From positions 14,632,001-14,696,000 of the forward strand of contig NC_043021.1 in NCBI RefSeq assembly GCF_006345805.1: a DNA stretch of 64,000 nucleotides. The letters are read 5' to 3'. The DNA comes from Octopus sinensis (lineage: Eukaryota). The notes below the pieces were generated by a model that saw only the letters and a program-made list of their open reading frames with translations, was not told the origin of the DNA and did no database searches. Positions within the stretch are counted from its first letter, which is position 1. Every line of letters starts with the position of its first letter. The translations under genes were made by a program, and so were the position numbers. Shown here piece by piece: positions 53,004 through 64,000 of this stretch.

Positions 53004-53607
53004 TATCACATGATCGACCAGGCTATCAGATGTAGTTACACATCGCTGGTCACAATGCGCTTCACATTGTTTTAGCCTTCAAATGACGCCACTCCGCTGG
53101 CTAAGCGAGCAGGCCAACAGAAGAAAGAGTGAGAAAAGGTTGTGGTGAAAGAGTACAACAGGGATCATCACCACCCCCTGCTGGGGCCTCGTGGAGCTTT
53201 TAGATGTTTTTGCTCAATAAACACTCAATAAACAATCGAAACTGCAATCCTACGACCGCGAGTCTGCTGCCCTAATCACTGGGTCATTGCACCTCCACAT
53301 ATATATGAATATACGTATGCATAAATATTTATACTATAAAGCTGTATATACCTACTGAATGACAACCATTGCATCAAACGGTGAAAGGATGAAATTGCAG
53401 ATGTTAAGCGGGTTGGATAGGTCAACAAAAGTTTGGATTTGAGAGGGTTTTATAGCATTGGTTGTGAGTTTGGTGCAGGGCTTCAAGGGAACATATATGT
53501 GTGTGTGTCAGTGGATATACATGTGAGTGTGACTGCGTGTGTCTGTGTAGCTGTGGTGGACCAACAGAAAAGTAGAAAGATAACACAATACAACAGACAA
53601 ATATGTA

Positions 53608-54575
53608 AATCTCTCTGGTCTCACAATCTTATGATTCTCAAGAGTAACATTAGGTGTTAAATGGAAGGACTTGGAGCTATGATGTATTTCTCAGAGTCAA
53701 GACAAATACACCATAAACAAATGAAATTCTGAGACTGATGGAATATATCTAAATAACTCTTCTTAATGACTCCGAGTGCATTTTCAACTTCTCTTTTCCT
53801 TATATGTGCATGTATGTATGTATATATGCATGTGTGCAATCAAGACACCATAAAAGAAAAATGGAGAATTATACATCTTCAAAATTCGTTTATTAAAATA
53901 TTATTCTCATTAAATTCTCTACCCTTATTCCTTTACATTATGTGTGTGTGTGTGTGTGTTGGTAATAGTAAGGTTAGTCAGAAGACATTATTCCTTAGTT
54001 TATTTATATGCAAGAAATCTTCAAATTTTCCAATGAAATGAAATGAAATAAAATATTTTATTTTATTTCATTCCATTTCCTTAGAAAATGTGTGTGTGTG
54101 TATGTATTCTGTACACTGCCAGAGACACTTTGTTCCCCACTTCCTGAAAAGTACAAAAACTGTGTGATAACATACAGAAGATGCAGATAGACATATTATC
54201 ATTGATAAGGTCACAGGATGTGATGAAAGAACTTAACCAACCAATTAATCAACTAATCAATCAATCTATGTTTTTAAATAACTCTCTAATTAATTAATAA
54301 TAAAACTGAAGCAAAATTGCATGAATTAGCTGCAAAGCCACTCCACTAGAATATAAAACAATACTCATACACACAAATACATACAGAAAAGAGAAGTTGA
54401 AAATGCACTCGGAGTCTTTAAGAAGAGTTATTTACATTTACTTCATCAGTCTCAGAATTTCATTTGTCTGTGGTGTATTTGTTTTGACTCTGAGAAAGAC
54501 ATCATAGCTCCAAGTCTTTCTGTCTAACACCTAATGCTACACTTGAAAATCATAAAATCGTGAGACCAGTGAAAT
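53608..54575. repeat. Inverted repeat pair, arms ~190 bp (53608-53800 / 54383-54575)
   Basis: The second arm is the reverse complement of the first at roughly 85% identity by eye. Confidence 0.85.
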
Positions 54576-55042
54576 TCAATGTAGATAAATCTTTTTAAAG
54601 ACTCCAAGTGCGTCTTCATTTTCCACTTCACTTTTCCATGTACTTCTACTCATGTAAAAGAAACTTATTTTCTTGTGTGTGTGTGCATATACAAATAAAT
54701 GGCGAGAGAGATAAGGTAGATGGGGTATGACAAGAAAAGGAAGATAAATGAGGGATAGATAAAATAGAGATAGAAAATAAAATTGGGAGAGAGATAAGTG
54801 AAGAGATAAGAAGCAAACAGATCAATAAAGATTGCCATGATGGTAGATTACATACATACACACACACTAGAAAGAGAGAGAATGCTGAATATACATGCAT
54901 CCAGACATACATATACATACATTATATATATATATATATATATACATATTCGGAGAGAGAAACACATATGCAAACAACAAAAAAATATGCAAATAAGCAT
55001 ATATATATATATATATATATATGCTTATTTGCACACACACAC

Positions 55043-55074
<32 letters not shown>

Positions 55075-55271
55075 CACACACATAAACATACAGATATAAA
55101 CACACATAAATATACAGATATAAACACACATAAATATACATACACACACACACACACTGCAGGAAAGAAATCTACATATATTTATATAGAGACGCAATGA
55201 ATGAAAGAATTAAAGAATGAGAAAGAATGGAAGGAAAAAAAAAAACCGAGACGCAAAAAGAAAGAACCTAC

Positions 55272-55440
55272 CATGAGGAACGACTCGAAAATCGTTGCAG
55301 ATTAGTTTTTCCAAGTTCTCTTCCTTTCTCTTAGCCTGTATTTCCTTGTTATCATCGTAAGCACTAAGCACGTTGTGTGTGCAGATGGTTGCGATATTCA
55401 TCTGCGCATTCAGAGACTTTCTGCTGTTGGTGTTCCCCAT
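55272..55440 (-). CDS. Predicted first coding exon of host gene (MGNTNSRKSLNAQ...DFRVVPH-G); N-myristoylation-type N-terminus
   Basis: ATG in strong context (ataATGG); 169 nt = 56 codons + 1 nt; ends at CATG|GTAGGT phase-1 donor, matching the phase-1 acceptor at 26227; non-repetitive, protein-like composition. Confidence 0.65.
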
Positions 55441-56910
55441 TATTAAACTGTGCCTACGACTATTATTATTATTATTATTATTGTTATTATTGTTGTTGTT
55501 TTTGCTTTTGGTATGATATCTGCGATTAAAGATGGCAGCAGACCATACAATACTTGCAAAGAATGTAAAGATTATTATGATTATTATTATTATTATTATT
55601 ATTATTGTTATTATTATTTCTGTGATTAAAGATAGCAGCAGACCTCAGCACTTTCAAAGAAAGTTCTTCTTCTTCTCCTTCTTCTTATCAAATTCCCGAC
55701 GTAGGAGACTGCATAAAATAAATATCACTTGTTGTGGCCTTTTAAACCACTTTTCACTTTTAAATCGTATTTATATACTATCCATATAGTGTTTATATAG
55801 TATATAACATATAGTACAGTATTTATATAACATTTGCCTTCAGTTATGATTAAGATGGGATGTATTTAGCCATTAAAATTCGTCCTGGTTGCAGTTAATC
55901 TGTTAAAACTCGTTCATATTAATATTATCACTGGTTGTACTAATCTGTTAAGATATTTTCTTAACAGTATTAAGATTGGTTGTTAAGATTAGTTCTTCCT
56001 ATCAAAACTATTTATATTTTTATCTGTTAAGATCTTTTCTTAATACTTCATGTCTGGTTATATCTAAACTGTTAAAATATGTTAATACTGTTAAGTCTGA
56101 ATGTATTTTGTCTGCGTTCTTTATTCTACTAAGACTAACTGCATCACACTGCGAAGTTATGCTTCTAATATTATTACAACTGGCTATATTAACCTGTTGT
56201 GATTTCTTTTACTGCTTTTAACACTGGTTCGAGCATTTTGTTATAAAATGTATCCTTATAGTAGTTCAAACTGATTTTACTAACCTCTTTTGATGTCTGC
56301 ACTTATTGCTGTTAAAACTGGTTTGTATGAATCTCTTGGGTAATGCTGTTACAGTTGTGAAGAACAGTTACCAATATTTGGTTAACTGGTTGGTTGGTTA
56401 TAATATTCCAAGTTTTCTACGTTAACGCCCTCAAAGTGGTTGTAATTTTTTAGTTATGAGCCTCCTTTCTTCCACCTGTTATGTACTCATAACGGTAACC
56501 TCTTAAAAGGCCTCCCCTTCCTTAATTCTATTAAAATCAGTTATATTAATCTATTAAAAACACCAAAACAACCCAACTCTTTTCTGCAGCTGTTAACAAC
56601 TGGTTGTACTAAAATGTGTTTACATTAATCTGTTAATTCAGTCAAAATTAATTGCAGCTTTCTTTAAGAAACAGCCTCCTTCTTAAAATTGTTTATCACT
56701 GGTTATATTAAAAATGCAACTCACTCACAACAGTTAACATTTAGTTATACTAAACTACGTTTTTGTTAACCAGCTCGTCTCATTAACATTAATAAACAAC
56801 CTTCCTGTTAGCAGTCTTATTAAAATCACAACTTTTTCGCAGCAGTTAACATCTAGTTGTACCAAAGTGTGTTTATGTTAATTGCGTTGATCAGGTTGTC
56901 TTATTAAAAT

Positions 56911-57208
56911 TAGTTATAGTTTTCCGCAATAAACAGCCTTCTTAAGAGCCGTTCAACACTGGTTTACACGAAATGCCTTGTTACATTAATTAAAATTTTT
57001 CTTCCAATTGCTCTGTTAATAAACAGATTACGGTATTTTATAAAAATCTTCAAAGAAACTAGTTATAGTTTTCCGCAATAAACAGCCTTCTTAAGAGCCG
57101 TTCAACACTGGTTTACACCAAATGCGTTGTTACATTAATTAAAATTTTTCTTCCAATTGCTCTGTTAAAAACAGATTATGGTATTTTATAAAAATCTTTA
57201 AAGAAACT
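56911..57208. repeat. Tandem duplication, 2 x 149 bp
   Basis: tagttatagttttccgcaataaacagcc starts at 56911 and 57060; few differences. Confidence 0.92.
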
Positions 57209-57359
57209 GCTAAACAGCTGCTAATCACTGGATTTCCAAAAACATTTGGTTGTATCTATATACAAATATATATATATACACGTGTATATGTTATTAATTA
57301 GTTAAGAGTCCCGTGTTGTCTTCCTTAGAACCGTTAATTTCACAAGAGTCATACTTGCT

Positions 57360-57620
57360 GCATTCTAAAACAGGTGTTTCTCACTGACTGCCGTGGGATG
57401 CAGCATTTGCCAGATGCAGCGACGACAACAAAATTTTTCGCAGATTACCAACAACCCACAACATCTGTTCGTCCGTCCGTCCGTCCGTCCGCCCGTCTGC
57501 AGTGTCGCAATCAATGAAAATCTTATTATCGATGTAGACACTTTGTTACTCCGACTTCCAGCAGCAACTATTTTTACTGTTTCACTGCAAAAACACTTTC
57601 CTCCGACAAAGAGAAAAAAA
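57360..57620 (-). promoter_or_regulatory. Candidate promoter/5'UTR region upstream of the MGNTNS exon
   Basis: Unique sequence, locally CpG-richer than its flanks, including (CCGT)n; lies upstream of the predicted first exon. No TSS evidence. Confidence 0.25.
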
Positions 57621-58003
57621 GGGGGTGTGACGGGGGGAGTGGTGGTTGAGTGACAGTGATTGTTATGGTAGTGGTGGTGGCAGTGGTGCAGACCAGGGTT
57701 GTAATTGAAATGGTGATGGTGATGGTGATGACAGTGGTAAAGAGTGGTCATTCGGACGATTATAATAGGTGATGACTGGTGGCTGTAGTGGTGTTAGTGG
57801 CTGCAGTGGTGGCGGTGATAGTCGTTGTGGGATGATGGTGGTGGTGGTAGTGATGGAGGAGTATAATGATAGTAGTTATAGTAATGGTGGCGGTAGCGAT
57901 GTTGGTAGTAGTTGTAATAGTAGTGTTGGTGGTAGATAGTGATGGTTGTTGTAATGATGATGGTGGTGGTGGTGGTGTTGGTTATAATGGTGGTGGAAGC
58001 AGT

Positions 58004-58355
58004 TAGAGTCCAGAGCCTCTGGGTATTTACATAGTCTAGCGCCCCTAAGCTCTTATAGAGTCCAGGGCCCCTCAGGTTTTGCAGAGTCCAGCACCCCTAA
58101 GCTCTTATAGTGTCCAGGGCCCCTCAGATTTTGCAGAGTCCAGCACCCCTAAGCTCTTATAGTGTCCAGGGCCCCTCAGGTTTTGCAGAGTCCAGCACCC
58201 CTAAGCTCTTATAGTGTCCAGGGCCCCTCAGGTTTTGCAGAGTCCAGCACCCCTAAGCTCTTATAGAGTCCAAGGCCATCAAGCTCCTATATAATTCATA
58301 GCCCTAAGCTTTCATATAGTTCAGGGCCTCTAAGCTTTCTATAGTTTAAGGCCCC
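58004..58355. repeat. 52-bp minisatellite built from two 26-bp subunits
   Basis: gcagagtcc at 58081, 58133, 58185, 58237; decays to monomer-like units at both edges. Confidence 0.92.
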
Positions 58356-58640
58356 ACCATGGCTAAATCCAACAGTGTTTGTAGACACTTCAACTAACAT
58401 TACTATTTATTTGAAACTAGCAAAGGAGCTTCTAGGTTTATGTTTGGCCTGCTAGAAATAGCAATCAAATGTCTATCAAATTACACACTAATGTCTTAAA
58501 TAAAGAAGAAAATATTACATTATGTAGTCTCTGATATGCAATGTGTGTGGGTGGTGTTAGGAAGGGCATCCAGCTGTACTAATACGTCTGTTTGTTTTGT
58601 ACACCACCTGTCTTCGTCTTTTGTTTTTTTCGTAAACTCT

Positions 58641-58683
<43 letters not shown>

Positions 58684-59334
58684 TGTATACACACACACAC
58701 ACACACATTACTACAGATAGGACATCCTCTATCAGTAGGTGTGCTCCAGACAGGGCTGATGTAGATCTAAACAACTGTTACAACTATAAAGACTAGCAAA
58801 AATACTAATTATTTTTCCTCCTCTCAAATCATTCCTTGCCCACCTCCACAAAAATTATGCCCATGGACACAAGAAACCGCCCCCTCCCACCAAGTCAAAC
58901 CTCCTAAGATTTGAACTCAAAACTGAACACTGCAAGATACTCTATTCAGCTTCCTCTTATCATACCTGCTGATTTGATCATACCGCACCCCTCTCAAAAA
59001 CTATACAGTAGCGACACCAGCAGCAATAATAGCAGCAGTAGTAGTAAATATTTATTTTTTTTTTAAATGACTCTTTATCCTAAAGAACGTTCCAGACTGC
59101 CTCCCACCTTCTTGGCAGCAGACCAAGAAATGACTGTCTTTTCAGGTTATTACGAATATCGTCTCATCACTTGGAACAATGTCAATTACACTTTAGTCGA
59201 CAAGAGTCCTCCATTAAAATCTTGAATCACAAAATCCTCAGCAGATCGATAGCCAATGATAATGACGCAATAATAATAATAATAATAGTAATAATAATAA
59301 TATTAATAATAATAGTAATAATAATAATCATCAT

Positions 59335-60150
59335 CATCTTTTCTACTCTAGGCACAAAGCCTGAAATTTTTTTGGGAGGGAGGGGGCCAGTCGATTAGAT
59401 CAACCTCAGTTCACAACTAGTACTTAATTTATCGACCCTGAAAAGATGAAAGGCAAAGTCGACCTCGGCGGAATTTGAACTCAGAATGTAGTGGCAGAAG
59501 AAATACCTATTTCTTTATTACCCACAAGGGGCTAAACATAGAGGGGACAAACAAGGACAGATATAGGTATTAAGTCGATTACATCGACCCCAGTGCGTAA
59601 CTGGTACTTAATTTATCGACCCCGATAGGATGAAAGGCAAAGTCGACCTCAGCAGAATTTGAACTCAGAACGTAGTGGCAGACAAAATACCTATTTCTTT
59701 ATTACCCACAAGGGGCTAAAGATAGAGGGGACAAACAAGGACAGACATAGATATTAAGTCGATTACATCGACCCCAGTGTGTAACTGGTACTTAATTTAT
59801 CGACCCCGAAAGGATGAACAGCAAAGTCGACCTCGGCGGAATTTGAACTCACAATGTAATGGCAGACGAAATACCGCAAAGCATTTCGCCCGGCGTGCTA
59901 ACGATTCTGCCAGCTCGCCGCCTTAATAGTAATAATAATAATCCTTTCTACTAAAGGAACAAGGCCTGAAATTTGGGGGGAAGGGACTAGTTGATTACAT
60001 CGACCACAGTGTGTAACTGGTACTTAATTTATCCAACCCCCGAAAGGATGAAATGGCAAAGTCAACCTCGGTTGAATTTGAACTCAGAATGTAAAGATGG
60101 ACGAAATGTTGCAAAGCATTTTGCCTGGAGTGCTAATGATTCTGTCATCT
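59335..60150 (-). mobile_element. Family-B SINE concatemer (184-bp period) plus an adjacent copy
   Basis: aaatacc junction at 59501, 59685, 59869; separate copy at 59940-60150. Confidence 0.88.
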
Positions 60151-61109
60151 TGCTAATGGTGTGTTTACATCCCTGTAGCTTAGCGGTTCGGCAAAACAGA
60201 TGGATAGAATAAGTACCAGGCTTTACAAAAATTATAAGTACTGGAGTTAATTCGTTGAATAAAATTCTTTGTGGTGGTGCCCCAGCATGGCACAATATAA
60301 CAACTGAAACAAGTACAGGATAAAAGATATGTCCACTTTCCATGTTCAAAGGGTCAAATCTCTCTAAATTGCTAATTGTTTCTGAAATTTCATTGAAACG
60401 AATGAACAGTGTATTTCATTAGAAACTAACAGAAGTACCCAGCATTGCTTGAGTTAAAGAAAATAATGAAATTTTAAAATGTCGTCTAGATTATGCAGGT
60501 GTCAACTGTTAGTAGCTGAGATACCAATTTTCTACATTAATAACTTTCCAACCCATGCCAGCATAGAACATCATCATCATCATAAGTGTTTAACATTCGC
60601 TTTCCATGCTGGCATGGGTTGGACGATTTGACTGGGGACTAGCGAACCAGATGGCTGCACCAGGCTCCAATCTTGATCTGGCAGAGTTTCTACAGCTGGA
60701 TGCCCTTCCTAATTCCAACCACTCTGAGAGTGAAGTGGGTGCTTTTATGTGCCACCGGCATGAGGGCCAGTCAGGCGATACTGGCAACGGCCACGATCAT
60801 ATGGTGTTTTTTTACGTGCCACTTGCACAGGAGCCAGTCCAGCAGCACTGGCAACGACCTTGCTTGAATGTTTTTTCATGTGCCAGTAAAGCGATGCTGG
60901 TAATGATCACGCTTTTTACGTGCCACCGATAGACATTAATTGAAATGTTAAAAGGAAGTTTTCAATTCATATACGTATATATAAAGTAAATACACGTAAT
61001 TCAAAAATACGTTTTGTGTAGCTTATTTCGTAACCAAAAAACAGGTACAGATTATAAACAATGAAAGGCTGTGCATAGAGTACACACACACACACACACA
61101 CACACAGAC

Positions 61110-63029
61110 AGTGAATATATCACATTGTTTCACTTTTATACACACAGATATACATTAATGCAGGTCAGTTGAAAAGTGAAAGTGTAATAGTAATATTTAC
61201 TTTAACACTCAATGGTTTTACACTTCTGTACATGACATGGACCTACTAATCATGTAAGTGATTCTTCATATACTATGCTTTCTGTCTTCCTGTGTTTATC
61301 ACTGAGAATGTAGAAGTTCTTTTCATCTCCAACTCTGGAACATCCAACATACAGCTGACCATGTGAGAAGCAAGGTTGAAGGGGGTTAAGTCCCACCACC
61401 TTTAGAGAGAGACTGACCTTGTGCTTTGTTGTTAGATATTGCAAAGCTAAGTTTGACAGGAAACTGCAGTCTCTTGAACTGAAAGAAGAGATCATTTGAG
61501 ATGAGAGGTATCCTTGGAATGAATACATTCTCACCCATGTCACCTGTAATTATTGTAGCTTCCAGCACCTGGGGCATGGCTGTTTTAGCAACCAACCTTG
61601 TTCCATTGCAGAGTCTGGGTGCATCAAGGTTTCTTAATAGCATTATGGGAGCACCTGTTTTCATGATCAGCATGTGTGGTGGCTGAAGTGAATTAAAGAA
61701 CTCCACTGAGTAATGCATTGCCTGTCTTTGATCAGGGACAGAGTCAATTGATCTGTATGAACATTCAGGCCCTGGAAGCTGAGACAACAAATTTAGATTC
61801 AGCTTGTCTACAGCATCATTCCTTGCTGCCAGAATTGTTCTTTCACATCGCCACTTGTGACTTTTATAGTTTATGGCAATGTTTGGAAACACCTTCAGTT
61901 CTTCAAGGGAGGCAGTCATATTGCCACATGAAAGGTGGTGCAGACTATCTTCTGGATCTTGTGGAAGTTTCCCATTTCCAATGTCAAGTAACTTGTTGGA
62001 GAACTGTGCAGCTAATGGGTCACCATGAATATGAACCCTCATGCAGGTTGTCAGAGTGAGCTGCTTGACATGTTGCCAGCATGCTTCCCTTTCTGCAGCC
62101 AGCTGTCTCTCTTTTCATAGACATTCTTTTGGCTGACCTTGATATTGTAGACAAATTTGACATTTTCCTTCTAAGCATGGTTATATACATATACAGAAAT
62201 ACGAGTGCAGCAGATAGTAAACAATGAAAATAACTTGGAAATGGAAATTATGTTTCATAATACGATGGGCAGAAGATAAATAAGAAATTTTAAGGGAAAA
62301 TAAAGTATTGTACGGGTTGAAGTGAAATTTGTCACTCAGTGAACCAAAGAGCCAGTATTGAAGGAACCAGAAAGAAAACCGTCAACAACAGAAAAACACA
62401 AAACACGAAAGTGAAATTTATGAAGATACTTCTGTCGGTACATTATGAAATTACTTACATCAGTAATTGTGAACTTATTTCTGTTCGTAATTTGTCATTG
62501 TTTGTTTGTAAATAGCGATTGCAAACTTAAACTTACAGTAAAAACAATAACGATTAAAGTTAAAGTGTAAAAGCAATGGGGTAAAGTGTAAAAGCAATGA
62601 AAATTGAAAGTGAAAAGAATAGTGTCAGAAAAATGAAAGTGAAAAGAATAGCGTCAGAAAAATGAAAGTGAAAACAATAGAGAGAGAGAGAGGGAGAGAT
62701 AGCTTGTTAGACAGACAAATAAGAGAAATATAGACAGCTATAGTTACATAAGATATAAACAGATAGAGAGAGATATGTTACAGAGAGAAAAAGAGAGATA
62801 TGTTATGTCACTGACACTAGAAAACCAGAAGTAAATATTTTTAAAACTTTCAAAGACCTGAATGTAATATAAAAAGCAATATTTTTTATTTTTAATAAAA
62901 AAAATCAAATGAAGAGCCTATAATTTGTCCGAGGTCAAATTATTCATGCATCACAAGTATGGAAGCAATTGGTGAAGCCATTTTCATGTAAAAAGTGAAT
63001 ACACACACATTTCTGTTTTATATATTAAA
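61110..63029 (-). mobile_element. Internally deleted Helitron with PIF1-like helicase C-terminal region
   Basis: PIMLLRNL..PRLCNGTRL, IPRIPL, KRLQFPVKLSFA..NKAQGQSL and FSHGQLYVGCSRV motifs (ORFs 61386-62042, 61250-61543); degenerate 5' end A|TTTAATATATAAAAC at 63029. Lower boundary approximate. Confidence 0.85.
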
Positions 63030-63871
63030 TAAATATAATTATGAATCAAATTGCTGTTATTGTTGTTGTTATTTAGACCCAGGTAAGTCTATCATTGAGC
63101 AAACCTATAATTAAAGGTATTCCAGATATGCCCATCCATTCTTGTTTCAGGCATTGTGCATTTAAGAATGCATTATCCAAGGTGTTCTTCATTTTTCAAG
63201 ATTGTAGGATGTGGTTTTAAGGAGGTTTGGTTGCTATTCCTAGCAAGTCAAAGAAGCAATGTAGCAACTCTCTCATTGTCTCAGTTGCATGAAATGGATA
63301 ACCAATGTGTAGTAGTGGCTATCATCAATTTCCTTTGCTTATATAGATAACACAGGGCATGACCCTGAGAATTCAGAAATAACAACAAAAAAACAATACA
63401 CACCCAACCAAATCAAATACTAAAAACAAAGAACAATGACCCTGCACCCTCACCTCTACATCAGACATAGAAAAAACAAAAAGAAACAAAAAAACCTTTA
63501 AAACTTGGGTTGCAGTGGGTGTCCAACATCCTCTGGCCCACAGATATGCTGTGTTTCCTCACTCTGCCTCTTCTGTTGTAACTACAGTGGCCTCTGGTCC
63601 TTCAGTCCTGTCGGTCCTTCTCGGCTCACTATTTTTGTCACCCATATTGTGTCCATCCTATGCCCCACACGCCTAGGACATCCACTGACTATTTTACAAT
63701 TTTACCCAGTCCTTCCTCTCTAAAGTCAACCCTCTGGTATCCATCCCTCTTCTCATGTTTTCCTTGCAGACATCAGCTTGTGGATGTCTATGCTAAACAT
63801 CACCAACATCTCTCTTACAGGTCTTGGAGGGCCTACACAAACCAAGAGGACATCCATTTCCTTCAGTTTTA

Positions 63872-63937
63872 GGTAACCTGGATAAGCTTGAAGTGATGTG
63901 CCTATATGCACATTACCTCAAGCTTATCCAGGTTTCC
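63872..63937. other. 66-nt near-perfect hairpin
   Basis: 30-position stem with 2 mismatches and 1 G-T pair, 6-nt loop ctatat. Confidence 0.8.
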
Positions 63938-64000
63938 ATGGTGTATGAGCAACTGGAAGTACAATACTCCCTTCCCCTTGAATGGGACTCCAACCCCACC

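Noticed and set aside
59146-59224. Plus-strand terminal-exon-like segment (cag|GT...YYEYRLITWNN...*)
   Set aside because: Isolated; no other plus-strand exons found.
63505-63870. Possible RTE C-terminal relic
   Set aside because: Motif resemblance too weak; shares only a short block with 52680-52710.
26230-64000. CH or GAR domain exons of a GAS2-like gene
   Set aside because: Searched by eye for VRVGGGW/HDPCR-type coding and found none; gene symbol therefore withheld.

Overview
AT-rich, repeat-dense animal genomic DNA. The SINE families, (TA/CA/TATG)n microsatellites, RTE LINEs and Helitrons look like an octopus (coleoid cephalopod) genome; this is recognition from memory, not a search. One host gene lies on the minus strand. 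Three exons join in frame through canonical, phase-matched splice sites: 55440-55272 (starts MGNTNSRK, an N-myristoylation-type N-terminus), 26227-25825 and 21217-18646. Together they give a 1047-aa Ser/Arg-rich, largely disordered protein with several SxIP (EB1-binding-type) motifs. Its family is not identified; an alternative-promoter isoform of a GAS2-like gene is a hypothesis only. A candidate cassette exon (36632-36484) stops the upstream frame at a TGATG whose ATG is in frame with the rest of the gene. The introns and flanks hold dozens of SINE copies of about 5 families, a 3'-truncated RTE LINE with a PHD-like finger, LINE relics, mariner and piggyBac-type MITEs, Helitron pieces, minisatellites and a degenerate intron-containing tRNA-Lys-like sequence. 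They also hold Penelope-type minimal hammerhead ribozyme motifs and several template-switch inversions and hairpins. Repeat boundaries are approximate, and most short ORFs in the supplied track are microsatellite or SINE artefacts.
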